Position numbers and translations under genes: made by a program | The notes under the pieces: generated by a model | Database searches by the model: none | Told to the model about the DNA's origin: nothing | Seen by the model: the letters and a program-made list of their open reading frames with translations, nothing else | Shown: positions 48,327 to 58,446 of the stretch, piece after piece | How positions within the stretch are numbered: the stretch's first letter is position 1 | Layout: every line of letters begins with the position of its first letter | Assembly: GCA_963744995.1 (NCBI GenBank) | Contig: CAVUWA010000002.1 | Span: forward strand, 224,001-288,000 | Source: Candidatus Eiseniibacteriota bacterium | GTDB taxonomy: Bacteria; Eisenbacteria; RBG-16-71-46 | DNA: 64,000 nucleotides | Direction: 5' to 3'

Positions 48327-50642
48327 GTGGCCCTGGTCATGATCGCGGTGCCCGTGCGCGCCCTGGCGGTGCTCGATATCGGCGACGACGGTCCGGTGAT
48401 CGACGCCGGCGGATTCCGCATGCGCGTCACCAACGCCGGCATCGTCGGCAACGCCTTTCTCGATGCGGGCCGCTCGTTCGACCCGTCGTTCGAGTTCCCG
48501 CCGTATTCCGGCATCGAATTGCTCAACTACGCGTCGCTGTGGGTCGGCGCGGTGGACGACCGGAATCGGACACGGGTTTCGGGCGGCCCGCTGCTGGAGT
48601 TCCGCCCCACACTCGACCCGGCGGACGATGTCCGCACGGTGCATCGTGGCGAACCGGGGACGAAGTGGCGCTTCGACGACGACCACGACGGCCGGATCGA
48701 CGAGGAGATCCTGAACGGCAAGGACGACGACGGCGACGGCCAGATCGACGAAGACCTGGGCTTCACGTTCGACGAGCTGATGGCGGCCGACTACGTGGAC
48801 GATCGGCCGGAGGCCACGAACTATGCCTACGACACGGGCGAGACGCACGTGCCGCTCGGTCTGTCGGTGCACCAGGAGGTGGGTGCGTGGTCGCGCGTCG
48901 GCTTCAACCACGTCGCGGTGCTGCGCTATACGATCACCCACCACGGGTCCGGTCGGCTGCACGACGTCTACGTGGGCCTGCTCACCGACCTCGACGTGAC
49001 GCTGCGCAGTGATCGCACGGGGCATCTCGACGACCGGGCCGTGCAGGGGAGCTGGAGCCGGACGTTCAACGAGGGGCTGTCAGACGCGATTACCCTCGGC
49101 TACTACGGGCCCGTCATCCCGGGAATGAAGCACGACTGCTTCGTGACGCGCAGCTATTCGGGGCCGATGCTCGTGGACGGTTTTTCGCCCGACCTGCCGA
49201 TCGTGACCGTCGTACCGCTGGACCACACCGTTGATCCGGTCGCCCGGGTGGGGCCGATCGCATCCTATGCGCGCGCGCCGGGACAGGTGTCGTTTCGCTC
49301 GGCGGTGTTCTCCGCTCGTGGCGTCAGCGGGCAGGGCGGCGTCCCGCGCTTCGATGCCGACCGCTACGAGGCGCTGGCCGGGCGGCTGAGCACGTCGACG
49401 AAAGAGAAGGACGATCAGGTGGTGCTCATCTCGTGCGGGCCGTTCAGGACGCTGGATCCGGGGCAGTCGCTCACGTTCGATGTCGCGCTGGTCGCCAGCG
49501 GGAGCGCCGACAGCCTCGCCACCGCGATCGGAAACCTGTTCTACCTGCACCAGGGCTACGAACTCGATCTGATTCCCGACTACATGGGACGCGACTCCCT
49601 GCTCTACCTGGTCGGCGAAACGGGCCGCAACGGCCACGATACGCCGATCGCCGCGCCGCCCGGCGTGACGTTCATCTACGACAAGGATTGCGTGGCCAAG
49701 ATCCCCGACGACATCGAGCCGCTGCCCACCCAGACGTTGTTCGAGCCCGGTGTCCCGCACTGGACCGACACCGACTGTGACGAATGCACCGGGCGTCGCG
49801 GACTGGATACCCGGGTGCACTACATCGACCCAGGCCAGGTGCCGCCGGCGCCACGCATGCGGGCCTCGCCCGGCGACCACGATGTTCTGATCGCCTGGGA
49901 CAACACGCCGGAGGCGCTGCTCGCCGCGGGCCAGTACGGCGGTGGCCAGTCCCGCTTCCTCGGCTACCGTATCTACCGGCTCGCCGACTGGCGCGATCGC
50001 CGTGACCTGCTGCCGCCGCTCGACAACTGGTCGCTGCGTGCCGCGTTCGGGCCGGATTCCGTGAACGGCGAGATCCCGCTCGCCGGCGTGACCGACTCGA
50101 CCGTCGTTCCCGAAGGCACGCTGCTCGGCCAGACGCTCTATCCGCCTGGCCGCTACGCGTTCCACGACCGCACCGCGGGCAACGGTTTCGACTACGTCTA
50201 CGTGGTGACCGCCGTCTACGAATTGCGCATCACCGGTGGGCCCAACGGCGCCGAGATCAGCGTGCTCGAGAGTCCGATCATCGCCTCGTTCGACGATCGC
50301 GTGTCGCCGCAGGCGGCCACGCGCACGACGAAGAACGCCGTGTGGGTCGTGCCGAACCCGTTTCGCGGCGCGGCCGGATGGGACAGGCCGCCGACCCTCG
50401 GCGATCCGCTGCCGCGGCACATCGACTTCATGGGCCTGCCCCCCGGACGCGCGGTGATCAAGATCTGGACCGTGGCCGGCGACCTGGTGGCGCGCGTCGA
50501 CCACGACGGCGCGGGCGGCGACGGGCAGGCGAGCTGGGACCTGGTGTCGCGCAACGGGCAGGACATCGAGTCGGGCATCTACCTGTTCACGGTGGATTCG
50601 TCGCTCGGCACGCAACGCGGCAAGTTCGTGGTGGTGCGATGA
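48327..50642 (+). CDS. Large secreted protein with DxDxDG Ca-binding repeats and FlgD/T9SS-like C-terminal domain
   Basis: DDDHDGRIDEE and DDDGDGQIDED. C-terminus VVPNPF...IKIWTVAGDLV...WDLVSRNGQ.I.SGIYLF...GKFVVVR. Confidence 0.75.
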   Translation: MALVMIAVPVRALAVLDIGDDGPVIDAGGFRMRVTNAGIVGNAFLDAGRSFDPSFEFPPYSGIELLNYASLWVGAVDDRNRTRVSGGPLLEFRPTLDPADDVRTVHRGEPGTKWRFDDDHDGRIDEEILNGKDDDGDGQIDEDLGFTFDELMAADYVDDRPEATNYAYDTGETHVPLGLSVHQEVGAWSRVGFNHVAVLRYTITHHGSGRLHDVYVGLLTDLDVTLRSDRTGHLDDRAVQGSWSRTFNEGLSDAITLGYYGPVIPGMKHDCFVTRSYSGPMLVDGFSPDLPIVTVVPLDHTVDPVARVGPIASYARAPGQVSFRSAVFSARGVSGQGGVPRFDADRYEALAGRLSTSTKEKDDQVVLISCGPFRTLDPGQSLTFDVALVASGSADSLATAIGNLFYLHQGYELDLIPDYMGRDSLLYLVGETGRNGHDTPIAAPPGVTFIYDKDCVAKIPDDIEPLPTQTLFEPGVPHWTDTDCDECTGRRGLDTRVHYIDPGQVPPAPRMRASPGDHDVLIAWDNTPEALLAAGQYGGGQSRFLGYRIYRLADWRDRRDLLPPLDNWSLRAAFGPDSVNGEIPLAGVTDSTVVPEGTLLGQTLYPPGRYAFHDRTAGNGFDYVYVVTAVYELRITGGPNGAEISVLESPIIASFDDRVSPQAATRTTKNAVWVVPNPFRGAAGWDRPPTLGDPLPRHIDFMGLPPGRAVIKIWTVAGDLVARVDHDGAGGDGQASWDLVSRNGQDIESGIYLFTVDSSLGTQRGKFVVVR

Positions 50643-53008
50643 GCATGACACGGAACCGGGGCGCCGCACGGGCGCGCGCAATTGCCGCGCCGCTCCTCGC
50701 ACTGCTGGCGTTCGCGGGGTGCGCGAAAGGGGTGCAGGGGACGTTCCTGCCCAATGCGCGCCCCGTCGTGACGCTCACCCACGCGCCCGCGAGCCCCACG
50801 AACCGGTTTTTCTACGCCTACCAGTTCAAGTGGTTCGGCTACGATCCCGACGGGGCGGTGGACCATTTCATCTACGCCGTGGATCCGCCCACCGCGACGA
50901 ACGCCGAGACGACCTGGACCAGTACGCGGCGTTTCGACGTGACGCTCGAATTCAGCGCCGACACCCAGGATTCGATCGGCCCTGCGACCCGGTCGATCGG
51001 TTACCACGCATTCGTGATCAAGGCGGTCGACGAGCGCGGACTGGCGTCGGTGCCGGAGGTGCGCAGCTTCTTCTCGTCGACGCTCGCGCCGTCGGTGCAG
51101 ATCGTGAGCCCGCTGCCGACCGCGCTCGCGGTCGTGCGGGTCGCCCCCACGGTGCGGATCTCGTGGGAGGGCTTCGACGTCGACGGGGTCGAGTCGAAGC
51201 AGCCGGTGAAATACAAGTGGCTGCTGCTGTCGGCATCGTCGGAATTCCCGATCAGCGCGGCGTTGCTCGATCCGGACTCGCTCAGGCGCTACTACGCACC
51301 CGACTTCGCGGGGTGGGATTCGACCGACGCGGAAACGCGGAGCGTTCAGCTGTTCAACCTCACCCCCGGCGCGACCTATCTGTTCGCGGTGATCGCCTAC
51401 GACGAAGCCGGCGCGTACTCACCGATCTTCTCGCTCAGCTCGAACCTGCTGCGCTTTCGTGCCGATCTCGCCACGACGCTCGGTCCCACGATCACGATGT
51501 GGAACAACTTCTTCAGCTTCACCTATCCGGGCGGCGGCTACAGCCTCGATCCCTCGCGCGAGGTGGGGCTCGACCTGCTGCCCGGCAAGAGCACCTACAT
51601 CCGGTGGAGCGCGCAGCCCGGGCCGGGCGCCGGCCTGCACAGCTACCGGTGGAAGCTGGACGGCGATGTCAGCGACGAGACGCCGCGCTCGAACGATCAG
51701 GACGTCTATCACTGGAGCGTTCCGTCGCTGCTCACGTCGCGCGCGGATCTCGGGCCGTTCGGGTCGGGCGAGACGCATCGCTTCTATCTCGAGGTCGAAG
51801 ACGACAACGGCAACCGCAGCCTCGGCATCGTGCGCTTCAACGTGCTGAGCTTCGAGGCCCAGTTCAACCGCGACCTGCTGATCGTGGACGACACACGGCT
51901 GATCGCCGATCAGCTGGCGGCGGGCGGCTGCGTGAAGCCGCCGATCGGAACGTGGCCCACCGCGGCGGAGCTGGACACGTTCCTGTATGCGCGCGGCGGC
52001 TTCCCATGGCGCTGCTATCCGACGGGGACCGTGAGCCCGCCGGGCCTGTTCGCGGCCTACAACTTCGACACGATCGGCACGCGCCCCGAGGTGTTTCCAT
52101 TCGCCACTCTCGCCAAGTACCGGCACGTGATCTGGCTGATCGACCCGAGGAGCGCGCTCAACGGTGGCAGCGTCTTCGGCGGCGATGGCGACGTCACCTC
52201 GCTGCGCCGCATGTGCGATCGCGTGAGCATCAACACGCTGGCCGCCTACGTGGAGCAGGGTGGCCAGCTGTGGCTCGTCGGCGGCGGCGCGGGATACGCG
52301 AGCTCGATCGCGTTCGGGCGCACGAGCACGAGCGGGGGGACGCTCTTCACCCTGCGGCCCGGCATGTTCATGTACGACTTCACGCACTGGCGCACGCAGC
52401 TCCGTACCGGAACGGTGCTGCCGTTCATGACACGCTCGCCCCACGTGCCGGTGAGCGACCCTCATGCGCCGAGCTACGCGCGGCTGCCCGCCGCGATCGG
52501 GATCCGCTCTCTGGCGACGGACCCATTCCCGCCCGGGCGCGCCGGACAGAGCCTGAGCGTGTTCTACAAGTCGGTCTATGACATCGAGTACATGTCGTCC
52601 GGCAGCACCGTGGTCGAACCCGACCCGAACGACCCGGGCGTCCAGGTGGCGGTGCTCGACACGCTCTACAGGGTGAGCGGCATCGGGCTGCCGACCCCCG
52701 TGCAGAATCCCGAGAACGTGATCATGACGTCGTACCGCGGTGCGGAGTCGGGCCACGTGATGTTCACGGGATTCGAGCTGTGGAACTACCGGCGCACCGA
52801 CGTGCAGGCGCTGGTGGACGCGATCCTGACCGACGTCTGGGGGCTGGCGCCGCACGCCCCGCTCACGCACGCGCTGTCGCCCTCCACGGCGCCCCTGCCG
52901 CCCGCTTCAGCCGCGCCGCAGGGATCGGGCCGCGGGCGACCCGATCAGCGCATCCGCACGACCCGGCGCACCGCGTCGCCGAACGGCGAATCGAGGCGCA
53001 CGAAGTAG
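50639..53008 (+). CDS. Large lipoprotein with Ig/FN3-like domains
   Basis: ATG overlaps the upstream stop (ATGA). FAGC lipobox. Repeated W.G.D.DG and F.V.A.D..G strands. Confidence 0.7.
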   Translation: MSMTRNRGAARARAIAAPLLALLAFAGCAKGVQGTFLPNARPVVTLTHAPASPTNRFFYAYQFKWFGYDPDGAVDHFIYAVDPPTATNAETTWTSTRRFDVTLEFSADTQDSIGPATRSIGYHAFVIKAVDERGLASVPEVRSFFSSTLAPSVQIVSPLPTALAVVRVAPTVRISWEGFDVDGVESKQPVKYKWLLLSASSEFPISAALLDPDSLRRYYAPDFAGWDSTDAETRSVQLFNLTPGATYLFAVIAYDEAGAYSPIFSLSSNLLRFRADLATTLGPTITMWNNFFSFTYPGGGYSLDPSREVGLDLLPGKSTYIRWSAQPGPGAGLHSYRWKLDGDVSDETPRSNDQDVYHWSVPSLLTSRADLGPFGSGETHRFYLEVEDDNGNRSLGIVRFNVLSFEAQFNRDLLIVDDTRLIADQLAAGGCVKPPIGTWPTAAELDTFLYARGGFPWRCYPTGTVSPPGLFAAYNFDTIGTRPEVFPFATLAKYRHVIWLIDPRSALNGGSVFGGDGDVTSLRRMCDRVSINTLAAYVEQGGQLWLVGGGAGYASSIAFGRTSTSGGTLFTLRPGMFMYDFTHWRTQLRTGTVLPFMTRSPHVPVSDPHAPSYARLPAAIGIRSLATDPFPPGRAGQSLSVFYKSVYDIEYMSSGSTVVEPDPNDPGVQVAVLDTLYRVSGIGLPTPVQNPENVIMTSYRGAESGHVMFTGFELWNYRRTDVQALVDAILTDVWGLAPHAPLTHALSPSTAPLPPASAAPQGSGRGRPDQRIRTTRRTASPNGESRRTK

Positions 53009-55872
53009 ACGCCGCCGGGCACCGGATGCCCCGCGCCGTCCAGGCCGTTCCATTCCACCGTGTGGCGCCCGGGTTCGAAGGCGCCTGCAGCGAGCGTGCG
53101 CACGGCCCGCCCGTGCACGTCGAACACCTGCACCCGCGCCTGCGCCGCGGCGGGCAGCGTGAACCCGAGTCGCGTCGTCGAAACGAACGGATTGGGCGCC
53201 AGGCTCGACAGCTGGAACGCGCCGTGAGGCAGCGGGTCCGCCGCGAGCACGGTGGTGAAGTCGATAACGCGCAGGTCGTCGATCGCAGCCTCGACCAGCG
53301 AGCCGGTGCCCTCGTCGGACGCGACGAAGCGGAGCTTCATGTCGGCGGTCGGGGTGAGCACGTCATCGATGAAGAACACCACCTGTTCCCAGCCCTGCGT
53401 CGAGACGGTCGTGCTCTCCACCACGGCCCACGTCGTGCCGCCGTCGCCGGACAGTTCGACCCGCCACACGTCGCTCGCGGGGGCGCCGCCCTGATCGTTC
53501 GAATACCACTTCCAGTATTCGATCACCGGACTCAGGTTCCCGCCGGCGCCGGCGTCGAATGCGGTGGTGGTGAGGGTGGTGCGGCCGTTGTCGACGTCGT
53601 TGGTCCCGGCGCCCGCGCCCGCCGCGGCGTTGCCCGTGAACCAGCAGGAGACGCCCGGGTCGCTGTGGTCGTCCTCCGGCTGCACGTAGCCCGCCCCGAC
53701 GCTGGTGCCGACCGGATCGCCCCACGCCCAGATCCCGGTGGTGGCGTCGTCGAGTGGACCGCCGACCACGTACCCCGGCTGCGTTTCCATCGGCTCGTCG
53801 AGCAGCGTCGTCGTCGGGCCGGCGATGAAGGCGAAGCTCGCCGCGGGGGCGGTCGGCGGGTCGAGCTGCACCCCGCCTTCGGTGTCGTGTGCCTCGATCC
53901 AGTAGCGCACCAGTGCCGCGGTCTGGCCGGGGATGGAAGCGCTGAATTCGGACGGGTTGCCGGTCGGCGTCATGGGGAGCGTCTGCGGGCCGCCGCCGTT
54001 CACGGCGTAGTGCAGGATCACGGCCGCAGGGTCGAGTGCGCCGAGCGGTCCCGAGTAGTCGATCGTCGCGGTGATCGGGTAGGGCGTCGCCGCGGGCTGA
54101 TCGGCGAGGGCGTCGTGGATGATGTCGATGAAGCGCCCGGTGCCGATTCCGTGCGCGTTGAACGCGGTCACGATCATTCCCGAGTGCGGCGTGCCGTTCG
54201 ACAGATCGGCGTCGTCGTCGTCCGCGACCAGCATCTCCACGAAGTATTCACCCATCGCCACGCCGTCGTCGGCGTCGTCGGGTGTGCCGTACTTGGCGAA
54301 ATGGGCGAGATGCTCCGCGAGCGGAAGGCCGAGCGCCTGGCGCAGGTCCCACACCGCGCCGGCGACGATCAGCCCGGTCGCATGCGGATCGCCCGACAGG
54401 TCCTGGGGGTAGCGCAGCGTGTTGTCGATGGTACGGATCGACGTGCCGGGGCCGAAGAAGCCCTGGCCGATCAGCGGATCGTCGCGGATCAGCGCGGCGT
54501 TCACGTCGGCGAGGCCCTCGTGCAATGCGCCGTTCGTCATGCCGAGCGGCTGGCCGGCCTGGATGTAGAGCCTGTCGTTCACGCCGTGGCCGTATTCGTG
54601 ATAGACGACGTCCGGCAGCGTCGCCGTGTTGATGCAGCCGCCACCGGCGGCGAAGAAGTTGACGCCGGTGCCGTCCCAGTAGGCGTTGCAGACGTCCGCG
54701 ATGTTCACGGCCACCGGCATCGCGTAGTCGACCCCGGTGAACGCGGGATCGACGTTCTTCGCGAAATCGTGCGCGACGTTCACGTGGTAGAACGCGTCGC
54801 GTTCGGAGTCCTGCGAGTTGCCTGCGTTCCAGTCGATGTCCACGGTCGCCGGGTCGGAGGCGCCGGTGAGGAACAACGCGTCCGTGCCGTCGGCGCGATG
54901 GACGTTCGCGAACGGGCCGGCGAGGCCGGCGGAGACGGTGACCGCCCCGGCGGCGGGAATCAGATAGGTCCCCGCCGCGTCGGTGACGCCGGTGCCGGTG
55001 CCCGCCAGCACGGTGAGCTGCGCGAACGGCACGGTCGCCGGCGGATCCGTGGGCAGCACGAGGTGAACGGCGCCCGTGACGGTGCCGTCGATCGCATGGC
55101 GCACGCGGTTCAGGCGCCACAACACGGTTCCGTTCGCCGCGTCGACGAAGACCACCCAGCGGCCGGGCGGCCGGGCGGTCCGCACATGCACCTCGTAGAC
55201 GAGCCGGAAGTCGGTGCGTTCGCCGCGCGTGCGCGGCAGCAGGGCGAGGCCCGCCGCGGTCGCGGCGCGGTCGCGCGCCCGATCGAACGGCAGGCCGGCG
55301 ATCGCCGCCTCGCGGGCGAGCGACCCCGGGATCAGCGGCCGGATGCGCGTGTCCGGCGGAATCGAGCGCGCGTCGGCGCCGAACGCGAACAGGCGGCCGT
55401 CGTCACCGACCCGGAACTCCCAGTCCGAGAACAGCACCGGGAGGCCGTGGAAGGTCTGCCGGTAGCGGGCGTACCAGCGTCCTCCGGCCTCGAACACGGC
55501 CGTGCGGTCGAGTCCGTCCACGCGGCCGAACGTCGCCGGGTGCCCCGCGACGAATGCCCGCAGCGAGGCATCGACGGCATCCGCGGAGGGCGCGAACCCG
55601 CTGAGCGCGATGCCGCGCCCGAAGGCGCGGTGCGGGGTGCCGGTCGCCGCGTTCCAGATCGCGGTCCAGTCGCCGTAGCGCGCGCGAAACGCCTGCCAGG
55701 CGGGGCTCTGCTCGAGCATCCGCGCGCGCGCCGGGCCGGCAAGACGCGTCGCCGGCCGGCCGGCCGGGGCGTCGGGCCCCGCAGCCAGGCGCGCGACCAC
55801 GGCCTGAGCGGGGCCGGGAAGGGTCGTGGCCCAGAGGCACAGGGCCAAAGCATACAATGACTTGCGGCGCAT
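52945..55872 (-). CDS. Secreted M4/M36-type zinc metallopeptidase with propeptide and FlgD-Ig C-terminal domain
   Basis: Signal peptide, FTP/PepSY-like region, CNAYWDG, HEYGH, ALHEGLAD, APNPF...FDVHGR.VR...WNG.D..G..V.GGVYF. Confidence 0.9.
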   Translation of the reverse strand: MRRKSLYALALCLWATTLPGPAQAVVARLAAGPDAPAGRPATRLAGPARARMLEQSPAWQAFRARYGDWTAIWNAATGTPHRAFGRGIALSGFAPSADAVDASLRAFVAGHPATFGRVDGLDRTAVFEAGGRWYARYRQTFHGLPVLFSDWEFRVGDDGRLFAFGADARSIPPDTRIRPLIPGSLAREAAIAGLPFDRARDRAATAAGLALLPRTRGERTDFRLVYEVHVRTARPPGRWVVFVDAANGTVLWRLNRVRHAIDGTVTGAVHLVLPTDPPATVPFAQLTVLAGTGTGVTDAAGTYLIPAAGAVTVSAGLAGPFANVHRADGTDALFLTGASDPATVDIDWNAGNSQDSERDAFYHVNVAHDFAKNVDPAFTGVDYAMPVAVNIADVCNAYWDGTGVNFFAAGGGCINTATLPDVVYHEYGHGVNDRLYIQAGQPLGMTNGALHEGLADVNAALIRDDPLIGQGFFGPGTSIRTIDNTLRYPQDLSGDPHATGLIVAGAVWDLRQALGLPLAEHLAHFAKYGTPDDADDGVAMGEYFVEMLVADDDDADLSNGTPHSGMIVTAFNAHGIGTGRFIDIIHDALADQPAATPYPITATIDYSGPLGALDPAAVILHYAVNGGGPQTLPMTPTGNPSEFSASIPGQTAALVRYWIEAHDTEGGVQLDPPTAPAASFAFIAGPTTTLLDEPMETQPGYVVGGPLDDATTGIWAWGDPVGTSVGAGYVQPEDDHSDPGVSCWFTGNAAAGAGAGTNDVDNGRTTLTTTAFDAGAGGNLSPVIEYWKWYSNDQGGAPASDVWRVELSGDGGTTWAVVESTTVSTQGWEQVVFFIDDVLTPTADMKLRFVASDEGTGSLVEAAIDDLRVIDFTTVLAADPLPHGAFQLSSLAPNPFVSTTRLGFTLPAAAQARVQVFDVHGRAVRTLAAGAFEPGRHTVEWNGLDGAGHPVPGGVYFVRLDSPFGDAVRRVVRMR

Positions 55873-56010
55873 GACGCCTCCAGGGTGTGCGGTCGGGATG
55901 GGGATCGGCGATCTCGGGCGCGGGCGCGAGCACCGGCGGGGGCTACCATTGTCCCAGATGCCCCGCCGCCGGAAAAGGGGCAGTCTGCAGTGGATTCCCG
56001 GAAGCGTTTC

Positions 56011-56039
56011 TTGACCGTGATCACGCGGGTTTCTAGAGT
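56011..56039 (+). promoter_or_regulatory. Sigma70-type promoter with an internal palindrome
   Basis: TTGACC, 17-bp spacer, TAGAGT. Palindrome CGTGATCACG at 56016-56025. Confidence 0.6.
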
Positions 56040-56096
56040 GATCCCCTTCCGCTCACGGAAGTTCCGGTCGCATGAGCTTCCCACCGTTCAGGAGCT

Positions 56097-56357
56097 GTGA
56101 CTTTGAACCGACCTTTCGTTGAAATCGGCACCGTGTCCAGCGCCGCCACGGAACGCATGGTGGCGCGCGGCGACCAGTGCCGTTGTTCGTGTGGTTCGAT
56201 GCTCGCGCGCGTGGTGCGCGAGGGCCTCGAGCTCAAGTGCCGCAAGTGCAAGAACCTGATCCTGATCCGCCACGAAGAGCTGATCGAGATGTACAAGGGT
56301 CTCGGGTTCGAATTGCGTCCGACGCTGCCGAAGATTCCGAACCTGCCGCGCGGCTGA
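56097..56357 (+). CDS. Small zinc-finger protein (Mu Com-like)
   Basis: AGGAG RBS and RCSCGSMLAR.....LELKCRKCK. Confidence 0.7.
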   Translation: MTLNRPFVEIGTVSSAATERMVARGDQCRCSCGSMLARVVREGLELKCRKCKNLILIRHEELIEMYKGLGFELRPTLPKIPNLPRG

Positions 56358-56438
56358 TCTCTTTCGCCCGAGCCCCGGTGCCGGTTTCGCCGGGGCCGGC
56401 GCGAAGACGACCTCCAGCCTTTCGAGTATCCTGCGCGC

Positions 56439-58388
56439 GTGCCGGCCTGGTTCGACCACCTCTTCTTCCTGATCCTCGTCGTCCTCTTCCCGCTGCGCGC
56501 CGCGCGATCGGGCATCGGCCGATTGCGTCGCGCGCAGCCGGCCGAGGTGCCGCGCGTGCGCGTGGCGGTCTACCGCGAGGCGATCCTGATCCAGTGGTCG
56601 CTCGCCGCCGTCCTCGCCGCGTTGTGGATCCTCACCGGGCGTGCGTGGTCCGCGGTCGGCGTCACCCTGCATGCGAACATCGGGCTCGCGGTCATGGCCG
56701 GCCTCACGGCGGCGGCGATCGTCTTCACGATCTACCAGCGGCGACGCGCCCTGGCGAGCGACGACGCGCTGCTCGAAGTGCGCGAGCGGATGGCGCACCT
56801 CGCCGTCATGCTGCCGCACCAGCCGCGCGAGCTGGGCCTGTTCTACCGGCTGTCGGCAACCGCCGGGGTCTGTGAAGAGCTGCTCTATCGCGGTTACCTG
56901 ATCTGGTACCTCGCGCACTGGATGCCCCTCATCGCCGCCGCCGCCGCCGCGAGCGCGATCTTCGGCTTCGGCCATGCCTACCAGGGCCGCCGCGGCATCG
57001 TGACCACGGGCCTGTTCGGCGCGGCGCTGGCCACCGTGTACCTGATCTCGGGCTCGCTGTGGCTGCCGATGCTGCTCCACCTGCTGGTCGACGTGCACTC
57101 GGGGCACCTCGCGTTCCACGCGTTCCGGCGCGGCGCCGAGCTCGACCGACGGCGCTACGAGCGCGAGGCGGAAGAGCGTGCCGCCGCGCGCGCCGCCGCG
57201 GAGCATCCGGCCGTGGGTGCGGCAACGGACGCCGGGTCGTCGTTCGACGTCGCGATCATCGGGCTCGGCGCGATGGGCAGCGCGATCGCGTACCACCTCG
57301 CCGCGCGCGGCGTGCGCGTCATCGGTTTCGACCGCTGGCGGCCGCCGCACGAGCAGGGATCCTCGCACGGTGAGACGCGGCTGATCCGGGAGGCCTATTT
57401 CGAGGACCCGTTCTACGTGCCGATCGTGCAACGCGCCTACCAGCTGTGGACCGCGCTCGAGGCCGAGGCCGGCACGCCGCTCTTGAGGCTCACCGGCGGG
57501 CTGATGATCGGCACGCCGGGCGGCGCGCTCGTCACCGGCGCCGAGCGCAGCGCGAGCGTGCACCGGCTGCCGTACGAGCACCTGAGCGCGGCCGCGCTGC
57601 GCGAGCGCTGGCCGGGGATCGAGCCCGGCGACGACCGGGTCGCGGTCTGGGAGCCGCGTACGGGCATGCTGTTTCCGGAGGCCTGCGTGGCCACGCATCT
57701 CTCGGGCGCGGCGCTGCGCGGCGCCGCGCTGCGCTTCGACGAGCCCGTTGCCGGCTGGCGCGCCGCAGGCGCGGGCGTCGAGATCGAAACCGCCGCCGGG
57801 CGCTTCCGCGCAGCGCGGCTGGTGCTGGCGGGCGGCGCCTGGATGCCGGGACTGCTCGGCGGCGCTGCCGTGCCGCTCCGGATTTCGCGACAGACCCTGC
57901 ACTGGTTCGAGCCCGCGGCGGCCCCCGAACGCTTCGACCCGGAGCGCTTCCCGGCGTGGATCTACGAACACGCACAGGGCCTCTACTCGTACGGGTTTCC
58001 GCGCCTGCACGGCACGGTCAAGACGGCGATGCACGTGCCGGGCGCGACGGTGGACCCCGACGCGCTCGCGCGCGAAGCGAGCGCGGAGGAGATCGGCGCG
58101 ATGACCGATGCCCTCGCCCGGTACGCGCCCGACATTCCGGGCCGCAGGGTGAAGAGCGCGGTCTGCATGTACACCAATACCCCCGACATGCACTTCGCGA
58201 TCGACCGTCATCCCGGCGACGCGCGGGTGCTGATCGTGAGCGCGTGCTCGGGGCACGGCTTCAAGTTCTCGAGCGCGATCGGCGAGGCGGTGGCGGACCT
58301 GGCGATGGATCGCACGCCGCGCTTTGATCTCGCGCCGTTCCGGATCGCGCGGTTCGGCTCCGGCGAAGCGCTCGCGCCGGTGCGCTGA
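56439..58388 (+). CDS. Fusion of CPBP/CAAX intramembrane metalloprotease and N-methyl-L-tryptophan/sarcosine oxidase (SolA-like)
   Basis: N-part CEELLYRG, FGFGHAY, H..VD. C-part DVAIIGLGAMG, GSSHGETRLIR, CMYTNTPD, CSGHGFKF. Confidence 0.85.
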   Translation: MPAWFDHLFFLILVVLFPLRAARSGIGRLRRAQPAEVPRVRVAVYREAILIQWSLAAVLAALWILTGRAWSAVGVTLHANIGLAVMAGLTAAAIVFTIYQRRRALASDDALLEVRERMAHLAVMLPHQPRELGLFYRLSATAGVCEELLYRGYLIWYLAHWMPLIAAAAAASAIFGFGHAYQGRRGIVTTGLFGAALATVYLISGSLWLPMLLHLLVDVHSGHLAFHAFRRGAELDRRRYEREAEERAAARAAAEHPAVGAATDAGSSFDVAIIGLGAMGSAIAYHLAARGVRVIGFDRWRPPHEQGSSHGETRLIREAYFEDPFYVPIVQRAYQLWTALEAEAGTPLLRLTGGLMIGTPGGALVTGAERSASVHRLPYEHLSAAALRERWPGIEPGDDRVAVWEPRTGMLFPEACVATHLSGAALRGAALRFDEPVAGWRAAGAGVEIETAAGRFRAARLVLAGGAWMPGLLGGAAVPLRISRQTLHWFEPAAAPERFDPERFPAWIYEHAQGLYSYGFPRLHGTVKTAMHVPGATVDPDALAREASAEEIGAMTDALARYAPDIPGRRVKSAVCMYTNTPDMHFAIDRHPGDARVLIVSACSGHGFKFSSAIGEAVADLAMDRTPRFDLAPFRIARFGSGEALAPVR

Positions 58389-58446
58389 ACCGTGACGCCG
58401 CGCGCGCCGGCTCGCGTCCGCGTGCGGGTGCGCAGGGCCCCCGGCG

